Part shown: one piece after another, positions 1 to 11,782 of the stretch
Layout of the letters: each line of letters opens with the position of its first letter
Numbering within the stretch: position 1 is the first letter of the stretch
Source: Octopus bimaculoides
Lineage: Eukaryota
Direction: 5' to 3'
NCBI RefSeq assembly: GCF_001194135.2
Contig: NC_069001.1
Location: 33,612,588-33,676,383 of the forward strand
Length of the DNA: 63,796 nt
The notes under the pieces: generated by a model
The model's database searches: none
What the model was told of the DNA's origin: nothing
What the model saw: only the letters and a program-made list of their open reading frames with translations
Translations under genes and position numbers: made by a program

Positions 1-899
1 TGAAAAATACGTATGGATACAATAAAATCATTTTTCTCCATTTCCTGTTTTTATTCTCCGACAATGTTTCCATTCTTGCAAAATAATTGATTGCGTCATC
101 AATTGAAATTACCTGCTGGAGTTTCGTGATGCCTCTCAACAATTCTTCTTATTCTACATTCTTTCGATTGACTAAGATGTCAGGAACGGGCACCACCAAT
201 TCACTTTATTAGGGACTGTTTAGCTTCAGACAAGTGTATGACCATCTTGCAATTGAATCCAGTCTGCGTGATGCGGAGAAGACTATTGAACTGTAATGGT
301 TACGGGCGTACATGTGTGCATGTGCTTATTTATGGGCGATGAGTTCAATACGGTGTGTTAAATCATTACCTCTGGGCCTGCAAAACCCAAGGGTACGTTT
401 CCTTCCTCCAGACAACTCCACCAAATTCCCCAAGCACATAATTTTCCAAATCCACAAGGACTTTCTTTTTACTCCTGCAAAACATTAATTGGTTACTATT
501 ATTCGTGCATGTCTATTAAATAAAGGAATCGATTTAAGAGACAAAATAAAAAGTCTCATCAGTTATCAAAGCTTCTATGTAGCCATCGGAACTTCTAGAA
601 ATAGCAACCAAATTTCAATGTTTTTATATATCTTGGATCATTGTGTGTAGATAACTCTTCCGTCAAACGAGTCCGTATCCTACAGCTCAACTGATACTTA
701 TTTTATCGACCCCGAAAGGATGCAAGACAAAGTCGCCCTCGGCAGAATTTGGTATAGTATAAATATTATATATTTTTTTATATAATTTTATTTTCATTTC
801 TGTTGGATCCCGCTTATCTGTCAACGATAACTTTTTTTCAGTTTGAATAATTGTTGTATACAGTGTTCAGGTGCATTACAACTAAAGAAGAAAAAAAAG

Positions 900-1660
900 C
901 GCGGAAACAGGGGCGGGGGCATCATGTATACTGTCGACGAAATTCAAGAAGCATGGAAGTTTTGAAGGATATAGTGTCGCGCCAGCTAACAACTGCTGCA
1001 AGTGGTTTATTCCGTGCTTCAACGATTCTGAGCGTGAAAAAATGTTTCCAAAAGTCATGGGTGCTGTGTTGGTTTCTGATTTTGTAAGCATGTCCACGAG
1101 TGTTTGACATATGGAATTCAAGAAGGTGCTCAAGTTTGTTGTTGGAAAGATGGTGGATAATCTTGTGGGTGTCTGCCAAGTCAGTTGCCAGACGTCGGAG
1201 CTTTAATGTGTCCATGTCCAGGGAGGCAAGACGTTCAGACGGCGGGTATTCGTTTCGTTGCACGTTTCTGAACAGTTTCCAGGAGATTGATATGATGAGC
1301 AAGATAGGGGTTCCGGACTGGTGATGCAAACTAAGTGTGAATGTACCATAGGCATATACAGCTTTAAATAGATAACGGAGAGCAGCTAACCAAGGTCTCA
1401 CTGAGTGATTTTAATACACCCTCAGCACCCTCAGTCTTCTTGACAATCCTAGAGATGTGGTTTGTCCAACGCAGATCATTGTTTACAATGATACCCAGGT
1501 CACGTTCGCTAACAGACCTTTTAAAACTGGTGTTGTTGAGGGAGTATGTAAAGCTGGGTTTTTCATCCTAAAGCGCATGGTGACGCATTTGTCTACAGCT
1601 AGCTTGAGTTGCCAGTCAGTAATCCATTCCTGCAGTGTGTCCAGGTCTGTAAGTATATTA
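900..1660 (-). mobile_element. Decayed CR1/L2-type LINE, C-terminal RT region
   Basis: Minus-strand peptides LTDLDTLQEWITDWQLKLAVDKCVTM and LRRLATDL...NTRGHAYKI...FFTLRIV...SFK; frameshifted. Confidence 0.8.
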
Positions 1661-1816
1661 CATCGTCCCCAGTGCGGAATTTGAATACCCGGCATGCTAA
1701 CGATTCCGCCAGAACTCCGTCTTACATTTTGGATGCATAATATTAAGAACCAGAACAAATACCGCAAAGCAGTTTGTCGACATCGACTCTTTGACAATTC
1801 TGCCAATGATAATATC

Positions 1817-1837
1817 AATATATATATATATATATAA

Positions 1838-1916
<79 letters not shown>
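1817..1916. repeat. (TA)n(AAT)n microsatellite
   Basis: Direct reading. Confidence 0.97.
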
Positions 1917-2684
1917 GCACAGTTACTATTTACTTTATCAGTATTTATACCCATCTGAAGGGCAGTGGAGTACCAAAATCGGTAGTGTGGGGCTATTTAG
2001 ATTACGTCACTTCATGATCTGACATTAAATTAACAATAACGTTGCCTCTCTTTGTCTATTGTTATTGTGATGGGACAGATGGACTGACACAGAAAAAGTG
2101 AGAGGACAAAGAAAAGGGAGTGTGTGTGTGTAAGAGAAAGTAGGTAGCTATAGAAAATAGGCGATGGATTTAGCACAGTCGTTACAGCCTCGGACGAAAT
2201 GCCTTGTAATATTTATTCTGACTCTGTTTTCCTGAGTTCAAACCCTACAAAAGTCAGTTTCGCTTGCACCCTTCAAGGGTCAACATTATAAAGTACCAGT
2301 GTAAGACTGTAGACTGGTTGACTCACTAGAGAATCGGACGTGATGCGCTGTTGTTGTTGTTTTTATATGTTTTGAGTTAAATCCCGCCCTGGATTTTTTG
2401 AGAGATAAACTTATCAGTCGCTCGCTTCAACGCCAAGCACCTGGTCTTTCGCTGTTGCAAGCATCTAGACCAGGTTTCCTGCTTGAAGATACTTTCTTCT
2501 GCCGACCAATCTCGGTGGCTTAGAAAAAGGTTAAAAGAAATACTAAAAAAAAAAAAAGAAAAGAAAAAACAATAACCAGATATTGATCTTGATTTAATCG
2601 TTACCCCTCCCCAAATTATATTGTCTAGTGACCAGTGGTATTAAGACTTTTCAGTGCGCTTAGTCTATCCACAACGAAGAGCAT

Positions 2685-3240
2685 CTGCTCGATCTGCTAG
2701 AAATAGAAGCCAAATTTTCTCGAATCACACCATATCATCTTCAGGATATATTTGCATAATGTGTTTCTGGATATCCTATTCATAAGAAGTGGGATGGTCA
2801 CGACTGGAATGCTTTTGATCATAAGTTTGCTTATGACTAAACAACAACAACAACAACAACAAAATGCGTGTTTCTACGTGGGTTGCTCGATCTACCAGAA
2901 TAAATAGCCAGATTTCTTTAAATCATATTCTATCTTCTTAAAAACCAGAGGCGAGACACTGGACAAGGTAGTCCAAGATATGCAGGTAGACAGAAGTGTC
3001 ACAACTGGACTGACTTTCGTTGTCTTCTGAACAACAGGAGGCTCCGACCAACGAGAGATCTATGTGCAAGAAACAGGAACTAAACCTCCTTCAAAGCACA
3101 TCCTACCATCTTAAAAGATAAGGGCACATCAGACAATGTAGTCCTAGATATACTATGTCCGAAGAAAAAAGACGGGATGATCTTGGCTGAAGCAACTTTG
3201 TTCATATACTTACTTGATCAGGGCTGACTTGAGACTAAAT
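2685..3240 (+). mobile_element. Tandem copies of SINE-like 'family D' (ctagaaatagcagccaaat... head, (AAC)n tail)
   Basis: About three partial copies here. Similar sequence at about 12900, 18420, 19130, 22760, 34430-34870, 42520, 45620, 50800, 53470 and 54110. Confidence 0.6.
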
Positions 3241-3866
3241 GACATTGCTTCTCTTTGTCTATTGTTATTGTGGTGTGACAGATGGACAAGATACAAAAAG
3301 TGAGAGGACAAAGAAAAAGTATTAGTGTGCGTGCGCGCGCGCGTGCGTGCGTGTAAAGGAGTGAGGTTGGGAGCGAAGTAGGTGAGTAGGTATGTAGGTA
3401 GATAGCTAGAAACGTAGGTCGAGAGAGTGAGTAATAGAGTTAAAGGGACAAAAAAGATCAATAGAATATCACTGACAGATAAAGAAAGAGAAAGAGGGAG
3501 AATGACAGAGACAGAGAGGTGGAGGGTGTGTGTTTAGCTTTACTGATTCTGTTACCCCCCTCTCACCTCAGCTTTAAATGTTCACTGGCCGAGTTAGCGA
3601 AGAAGCCTCTACTTGGTCACTTTAACCAAACCTCCTTAAAGTTTTACCCCACTGTGTTAGAAATGAACGCATTACATAATTTGGTATTTGGTTTCCCGCA
3701 TTTAAGAAGAAGACGAGATAATCACGGCTGGTATACGTTTGATCAGAGATAAGCACAACATACCAAACCACTACAGAAAGGAGTAACGAAAAGTATAGAG
3801 AAAATCGAAACACTGCAACCAATTGCATGATATAAATCATAAAATAAACACTAAAAAGCTATATAT

Positions 3867-3868
<2 letters not shown>

Positions 3869-3948
<80 letters not shown>
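3869..3948. repeat. (AAT)n(GAT)n compound microsatellite
   Basis: Direct reading. Confidence 0.97.
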
Positions 3949-3949
<1 letters not shown>

Positions 3950-4789
3950 CTTTTTTTGGCCGCAAGTGCTGAAGACATTGCGAACAACATCAAAGGTCAA
4001 AATACAACACATAAAAAAGATGAGGTTAAGATCGTTGAGAAGGGAAACAATAAGGTTATAACAAAAGATGTAAAATTAGGATTCAAAAAGTCTTCATTCA
4101 ACAACAACACTGGTAACACCTTTTCCCTAACAGTTCCAGAGAATATACTCAGGTCGCAGCCCACATAGACGTCCTCATGATAAGGACTCAAAAGTCAGTT
4201 TAAGGACAAGAAGAAAAGAAAGAAGACAGGAACACAAGACGAAAGTTGCTTACCTTCCATTTTGTCAATGATTTGGGCACATTGCTTGCATCCCAAAAGC
4301 AATACAGAAATACCCAAACGCAAAAGCCCCCGAACCTGATTAAATCACAGACAAACAGTTAAAGCACTCACTAACATCTACAGCAATTAATACCAACACT
4401 TTTAATTTTCAAAATCTAAATGCCGAGCAAATTCATAATTCCAAGCCCAACAAGAGCTCAAGCGAAGTAGCTTTATGTTGATCTACCACCTTCCTATGTA
4501 TACAACCTAAAACTTTTTCTAGAAACACTGATCATTGAATCACTGAAGCAACGTACACATTCCCCTCACTAAATCACTACATTTAACCACCATATTGATA
4601 ACGGGCCCAGCACAGAGGATATATGACGGCTTTAACTCCAAAAACATCTCTCACAAGTTACGTAAGGGTACGTTGAGAGATTTTAAACTGTTAGGTAACT
4701 ATCAACACCAGTAACGCTTTCGACTCCATTTTTGCTATCCACTTAACAAAATAATCAACAAAAATACAAAACATTGGTTAGTAAACAAC

Positions 4790-4960
4790 ATGTCAAATCA
4801 ACAAGTGTATTTTTGTACAAAATTAACACTCCCAGAATTTGCAATATCCGAAAGGAGCATCACAAGGATCCGTCTTATCTATTCCGTTGATAGCCTCATC
4901 ACCAGATTGCATTACATTCACATCCCCACACTATTCTCAAGACTTAACCACTCTACTATC
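4790..4960 (+). mobile_element. Possible highly decayed non-LTR RT remnant
   Basis: KGASQGSVLSIPL at about 4851 resembles the RT motif GVPQGSVLSPLLF; little else is recognisable. Confidence 0.3.
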
Positions 4961-7420
4961 TCAACTTTACAATACAATACACATAAAGTAGGTTCCTACC
5001 AAATCTATTGTCTCTCTTCTTACCAAGAACACCAGAGAACATCAAACCTAACTCAACACTAAATATACCACGCAAACACTGATAACAAAATACTAAGTGG
5101 TATATGTAACTCTTGTATAACACTCACACGCTCATAGAAAAGAAGGCTGTCATATTCGGCCATCAGAAAGAAACACAACGGCCTAGAATATGGTCGAGTC
5201 AGGTACTACATGCCTTTGGGAACAACAAAACTGCACCTCACTCAAATTCAGTGAGTGAGGAAAATATGTAAGCACTCAGAAAAGGTTTTAAAATAAACCT
5301 GTCAAAGGACAAAAGGGCTTCCACCTGCAACTCCAGCAATCGCACAGCCACCAAGCGCTTATGCTAGAAACAGCAGTTACACACACCGAAATAAAACAAA
5401 AAAGAGGAAACATTAGATGATGTAGTCCCAGATATCCATAAAAATACGAGATGTTCACGGCTGGAATACTTTTGACCATTGATCAGTTCAATGAGGGCTA
5501 ACAGCAACCATCACCACATGTCAGTCCATTACCGCACCACCACCACCAGCCGTAGAACACAATCGTCCTACATGTAAAACTACCAGCACCTACTGCCTCC
5601 CCGCCATCACGACACTGGTCCCTAATCTGCCACTACAACCACCAACACAATATGTAACTCCCGTCTCCTCATCAACTACGATTTAACCACCCCGGCCAAC
5701 ACTTGCAAAATTACCTTCGCCACTCCACCGCCTCTATATTACCATCGCCCTCTCTGCATCCCCACCATCGCCTGCAACTTTACATGTAACTTCACCACCC
5801 TGCCACGTGCGACACTATCCCCCTTCATCATTACAATTCCGACCCTTCACATACGTGTTGCTCCCTCACCAGAACTATCACCTGCAACTCCGCTACTTTG
5901 ACTCCTTCCCATCATCACTATTTAGTCACTTCCCTAATTTCTATTATCCACGAAGTGCAACAAGTTATAAATAGAACTGTTCTTGTTGTTGTTGTCATTG
6001 TGTCTCTTGCCACAGACGCTGCTGTCATTTTGTCTGTTACTACTATGGCTGATTTTGTTGTCATTGTGTCCATTGCAGCCGTCATCGTCTCTATTGTTGC
6101 TGTCACTATACTTTTTGCTGCTGTTGTTACCGTTATTGTGAATGTGTCTTTTGCTACTACCGCTGTTATTATGGTTGTTATTGTATTGTTGTTAATGCCA
6201 CTGTTGTGGTCGTTGTTGTCTATTACTGTTGTTATTGTAATTATGATTGTTAATATTCCTGCCGTCGCTGCTGTATTACCGCTGTTGCTGTTGTTGTGTC
6301 TATTACTGCTGTTGCTGTTGTGTCTATGGTTGTTGTTGATAATTTTCTTGTTACTACTTTCTGGTTGTAATTATTTTTCATATTATATGTGTTGTTGCTA
6401 GTGTTGCTGTCATTATCGCCCTGGTCAACGCTCATCTAATAGATCTAAAGGCATTACAATTAAGACCATCTAATCTTTTAGTGGGTATCTACTACCCCAT
6501 TATCAAATGCTTTTTAGCGACCTTTATACAACTTATTGAAGTTTTGGCCGCACATCAGTTTTCACCGGTTTATTGGAGCAATAAAACAGCTGTACTTCTC
6601 AGCCACATGCTAACTATATAAACGGAAATCGAAGCAGTTCTCCCCATTCTCTCTCTCTCTTTCTCTCTCTCTCACACACACACATGGACACACATACATA
6701 CATACACACTTCTATATAACTCATCCATTGTGAGAAATCAGCACAATCTTTCGTCATCTCCTCTTGCTTCAGTTAGTCTTAATACAAAGCCTCTTTCAGT
6801 TGAACGGGATATCGATTTGCCGTATCTCTATTCCGCCAGGTTAACGACCACATACGTTTATTCCTTTTCTTTTATCTTCACAATATTTTACTACTCACTT
6901 TACACGCTTACCCCGAGGGAACCTCCCAAAAACATTCAAAACATCTTTACTCCTCCTACAGTACGTACTAAATCAAACCCTATTTTTTAATGAATGTCAC
7001 AATGAAATCGTTACTGTTCTCTGCATGAAATACCTATGCACTACGAACGTTTGGAAATTGTTTACAATTGTAATTTAACCCCATTACTTGTTCTTTAACC
7101 CTGTACTACTTAAGCCAAAGTGATATAATTCTACTTTGTGTGTGCACACAATATCTCTGAAGCTCATAAACCGAATGTGGTGTGCTCTAAAATCGAATAA
7201 AAAACAGAACACAAGTTTTACTCTCCCGTTCAGCCGTATCTGACAACTGTTGAACTACCTTTCTATTCAAGCGAGTGAATCTTTTTTTTTCAGTGCGCAA
7301 TAATGCCATCGTGAGGATCGCCTAGAAACGGCAGGTAGTCTCTCCTGATGAACCCATAAGCCTCCTAGTGTCCAGTAGGTGAAGCTTTCAAATGGTAACG
7401 CTTGAATCTGCAAGTTGTTT

Positions 7421-7459
<39 letters not shown>

Positions 7460-7546
7460 CGCGTCACTCTCTTTCTGTCTCTCTCCTTATATGTGTGTGT
7501 GTGTGTGTGCATATGTGTATAACTGCACACACACACACACACACAT
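7421..7546. repeat. (CA)n-(TG)n-(CA)n microsatellite cluster
   Basis: Direct reading. Confidence 0.95.
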
Positions 7547-8239
7547 TTGATTGTACTCTTTTAATCCTTTCTCTGGGTAGACGTCGTTGCTTATTGTCGC
7601 TGCAGCTTTTGTTATGTTGTACTTAACGACCTCAATTTCTGCACTATAGTTTTAAATTCAGGTAGTTTACCTCAGTAACCGTTTCTATATTGTTATCTAA
7701 ACACAGACACGTGCAAACGCGCAAGCGCACTGACACAACCGCGCACACGCACACATATACACATACGCACACGTGCGCGCGCGTGTAATAGCCCTACTTT
7801 CTCGACTGCGTCATTGTGAGTACTTGAAGGGCTACAATCGTCGAGTCTCCTCTTCGGTTGAAATAAAAACTTGGGGTAGGAAAACAATAATTGCCAGGAA
7901 AAACCCTTTCGTATTCTAAATTTCAGGAGGTCGGTAGCACTTCTAGGAAATGCCCATATTCTGTTTGAAAATACTATCTATATTTGATTCGAAGCACACA
8001 ACAAACATAATTTGAAACAAACATTTTGAAACGTATTTCTTGTAATATCATTCTGCTGTTAAAGAGGAAAACCAACATTGGTCTTGAATAAATCTAGAAA
8101 GAAATAATTAAGGGGAATCAGAGAGCCTCTTCGAGCCAATGGAGGAACTTTAACACTCTCACACGTTCTGTTAAAAATAGCTAAATCTGACCAAAATCAC
8201 ATCACACAATAGGAACATGAATAAATAAATGAATAAATA

Positions 8240-8898
8240 AGCAACAGTTGTTTCAAGTTCTGGCACCAGACCGCAGTTTTAGTGGTAAGGGGACAACTGT
8301 TTACTTTGTCTCCAGTACTGGATAGATACTTTGTTTCATCGGGCCCGAAAGGATGAAAGCAAAATCGACCTAGGCATTATTTGAACTCAAAATGTAAGGT
8401 GCTAGAAGAATCGCCCCTAAACATTTTGTCCGATACTCTGACGGTTCTGCCAGCTAACCGACTACTACTACTAATACTACTGCTGCTGCTGCTGCAACAA
8501 CAACTACTACTACTACTACTAATAATAATAATAATAATAATCCTTTCTACTAAAGGCACGAAGTCAGAAATTTTGGGGGAGGGGACTAGTCGATTACATC
8601 GACCCCAGTGTTTCACTGATACTTAATTTATCGACCTCGAAAAGATGAAAGGCAAAGTCGACCTCGGCAGAATTTGAACTCAGAACATAAAGACGGACAA
8701 AATGCTGAAGCATTTTGCCCAGCATACTAACGATTCTGCCAGCTCACCGTTTCAAATTTTGACACAAGGCCAGTAATTTCGGGAGTTGAAGGGTAAGTAG
8801 ATTACATCGATCCCAGTGCTTGACAATTACTCATTTTATCGATCCCGAAAGGGTGAAAAGCAAAATCGACTCTGCAGAATTTGAACCCAGAACATAAA
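8240..8898 (-). mobile_element. Three tandem tRNA-derived SINEs, 'family A' with (ATT)n tail
   Basis: Repeated unit with A-box-like GAGCTGGCAGAATCGTT, B-box GAGTTCAAAT, body gtcgactttgcctttcatcc...aaataagtaccag and ATT tail; copies at about 8240-8460, 8521-8749 and 8752-8898. Confidence 0.85.
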
Positions 8899-9629
8899 CC
8901 AAAGTCAATAAATGGAACCTAAGAAAGTTTATTCAGATTACAGCCCTTTATATAATAGTTCAAATCGCATCGAAATCACTATTGCCTTTCAGCCTCCACT
9001 GTGCGATAAAATGAAGTACCAGTCAAGAACGTTAGATAAAATACATTCCTAAAATAAGATCTGAATGAAGTTATAAGAGATGACCAAGATATACGTTAAA
9101 TAAAAACATTGATAGCCAAGTCGTCTTTTGGAGAGGTTACAGCATCACCCAAAATACCAGTCGTATTTAGTCACTGCTCTTTATGTACTGAGTTCAAATG
9201 CCACCGCAATCAACTTTGTTTTTAATCTTTCTAGAGTCGATGAAATGACAGTGAAATTAGTAACGTTGGCCCAATTATTTTTATCATCAATCATGTTTAG
9301 AATGGAATAAAAGAGAAGTAAGGGAAACAACTCTGCACTCAAACACACTTGAAATTGTAAGTAAAAGCCCAGCGAAATCTAATGATAGCAAAGGTAAGTC
9401 AGCTTAAACTTCGATGTCACTGTCATCCTTTTCCTTATAAAAGTTTAATAAACATGTTTTCTTCTAAAAATGTTGAGTAATACGTACATTTAGTGTCAGA
9501 CTGTTTTATGTATAACTTGACGCAAAAACAAACAATAATGTGTGTGTGCGTGCGTGTATCTTTTACAGGTTTCAATCTGCGGCCATGCAGTCTTGAAGGA
9601 TTTAGTCGAACAAATCAACCCCAAGCTAT

Positions 9630-9770
9630 ACCAGTCACCGGACTGTATGCCATACCAAAGACTCCGGCGTCTCTGTCCAAATCAAGAACTCAATGCTGTA
9701 ACAGTTTAGGGTGCAAAGGACTACAAATTTTCGATACAGTACTAAAAGGTCTCTTTGCAGACGACGGTCT
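9630..9770 (+). mobile_element. Possible CR1-like LINE ORF2 C-terminal remnant
   Basis: IPKTP...RTQCCNSLGCKGLQIFDTV resembles the CNSLGFRGPQLFN-type 3' ORF end. Confidence 0.45.
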
Positions 9771-10020
9771 GGCATTCTTACGATACAGTCAGTCATCGAA
9801 ACTGATATCGGGTAATCGTTGTTTTAATGCAGGAAATGTTGGCTCGTTCGGGCACGCTGACATTTTCTGTGTTCTGCCACTGGATACTCATGGTTTTGCT
9901 CAAACCTCATTTGTGGTATATTTCCAGATTATCAATATGTCACCGACTTGTCCACAGCAACAATTTTATTATACAATAACATTTATTTGTTTGTATCAGA
10001 TGTTCCAATGTAGTTTAACA

Positions 10021-10258
10021 ACAATAATAACAATGATAATAATAATAACCCTTCCTTTTTTGGCACAAGGCCAGCAATCTTGAAGCATGAGAATTCGATT
10101 ACAGCGACTCCAATGCTCAACTGGTACTTATTTTATCGACCCCGAAAAGATGAAAGGCAAAGTCGACCTCGCGGAATTTGAACTCAGAACGTAAAGGTGG
10201 AGGAAATGCCGCTAAGCATTTTGCTCAGCGCGGTAATGATTCTGCCAGCTAGCCACCT
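10021..10258 (-). mobile_element. SINE family A, near full length
   Basis: Same head, body and tail as the 8521-8749 copy. Confidence 0.85.
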
Positions 10259-10409
10259 TGATGATGATAATAATGATGATGACGAGAATGATGATGATGA
10301 TATGTCAGGTTTCTGCACCTCGTCTCTTTTCCAATCCACAGTTCCAGTCCCATGGTGTTTGAAGCAGGAAGTACATCGTACAATCATTAGCTAGAAATGT
10401 AGGTGAGTC

Positions 10410-10651
10410 GGAAACACAAGATTGCGTGGGATTTTCCTATTCAAACAGTTAAGATGATGGAACATAAACCAAATATAGTAATAGACAAGGAAAATCGAAT
10501 TTGGTTGATCCATCATATCCGTTTGATATTAGGATTGTGAAGAAAGAAGTTGAAAAACTACAACCCCATAAAATTTGAGATTACGAGGATGAGTAACAAG
10601 CTACCCGTGTAAATAATTCTACTATGTATAAGACTAATCCTAGGTCAAGAC

Positions 10652-10705
<54 letters not shown>

Positions 10706-11020
10706 GTGCTACATTGGAAACTGCAAAGAAAGTGGCAAGACGTAGTATGAGCACAAACCACAGAGAGTGGCGGAGTCAAAAACCCTCAAAATCCTGTGGG
10801 ATTTCTCAATCCAAACAAATCATGTGCTGGAGCATAATAAACCATACTTAGTGGTGGTGGACAAGGTGCACCACGTGTGCTGTATAGTTGAAGTTGCATG
10901 TCCCTCTGACCCACGAATAGTCAAGAAGGAAAGCGAAAAAATAGATATATACAATTTCCTTGAGTACGAAATAGCCCGGCTATGGAAAATGCAGAAAGTG
11001 CAGTGCCAATTAGTGTTAGG
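10410..11020 (+). mobile_element. Two decayed fragments of an R2-superfamily (R4/Dong-like) LINE restriction-like endonuclease domain
   Basis: YEHKPQRVAESKTLKILWDFSIQTNHVLEHNKPYLVVVDK...VACPSDPRIVKKESEK...EIARLW at 10704-11020, preceded by (TAA)n; a weaker WDF-IQT copy at about 10410-10590. Confidence 0.8.
10653..10703. repeat. (TAA)n microsatellite
   Basis: Direct reading. Confidence 0.97.
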
Positions 11021-11026
11021 TCCTTG

Positions 11027-11066
11027 TATGTATGTATGTATGTATGTATGTATGTATGTATGTATA
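11027..11066. repeat. (ATGT)n microsatellite
   Basis: Direct reading. Confidence 0.95.
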
Positions 11067-11098
11067 CATTATCAGGTCAGACACTTCTCCCTCTACAT

Positions 11099-11373
11099 CA
11101 GTGGTTCCCAAGCATTTTCGCGATGCGGCCCTCTTGGCACGCAGGCCACGTTCCTAGCGCGCACCTCCCAATCATCACCACAAATATAGACCACTTTCTG
11201 AAGCAAATTCAAAACAACCGTATTTCACAAATAAAACTTAACCTAATTAACCCATTATTTTGTTGTTTATACATCCATCGTCTCCTCTTGGTTTCCCCCT
11301 AATCGCTCCAATTTTCTTCAATGCACCCGGCTCCACAACTGGATCTTTCCACCGCCCGCTTTGGGATCCACTG
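11099..11373. mobile_element. hAT-type MITE upstream of UBA5
   Basis: TIR-like ends CAGTGGTTCCCAAGC and GCTTTGGGATCCACTG; the 8-bp flanks ctctacat and ccccgcac differ only by transitions (decayed TSD). Confidence 0.6.
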
Positions 11374-11639
11374 CCCCGCACTCTTTCGATGTTTAGCACA
11401 GTCTTCCACGTAACATTTACATCTTGTCACTGATAACTATCTCTAAGGGAGATAATTGACAACAATACGAATAGATTGCTTGACTTATTTCCCTTTATAA
11501 CACGTAATCGTTTGGAGGCACGAACATTGGTGTGTCTGGATTACATTGTTATTCTTGTAAATTATCCTTTAAAAACAACCAAACAGAGCAACACCATTAC
11601 TTTTGGATTGATAACAAAAAATAAGAATATATTACAAAG

Positions 11640-11782
11640 ATGTCTGTTGAAGAATTACAGCGAAAAATCCATCAGCTTGAAGAAAAGTTGGCTGTTTACG
11701 AACAGCAAGATGTCACATCTGGTCTCAAACGAACGAAAATCGACGTAATGAGCTCCGAAGTCGTTGATTCCAACCCTTACAG
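11640..11782 (+). CDS. UBA5: UBA5 exon 1
   Basis: MSVEELQRK...SEVVDSNPY, donor gttagc. Confidence 0.93.

Noticed and set aside
1483-1954. ORFs with poly-Leu/poly-Ile
   Set aside because: They are translations of the (AAT)n microsatellite fused to SINE and LINE debris.
5898-6435. 167-aa hydrophobic ORF and its antisense Thr-rich ORFs
   Set aside because: Low-complexity GTT/GCT/ATT repeats keep the frames open; no domain or splice support.
10653-11020. Idea that the TAA-targeting R4/Dong-like LINE mobilises SINE family A
   Set aside because: Orientation disagrees: the LINE sense strand abuts (TAA)n while the family A sense tail is (ATT)n, and no shared 3' sequence was seen.
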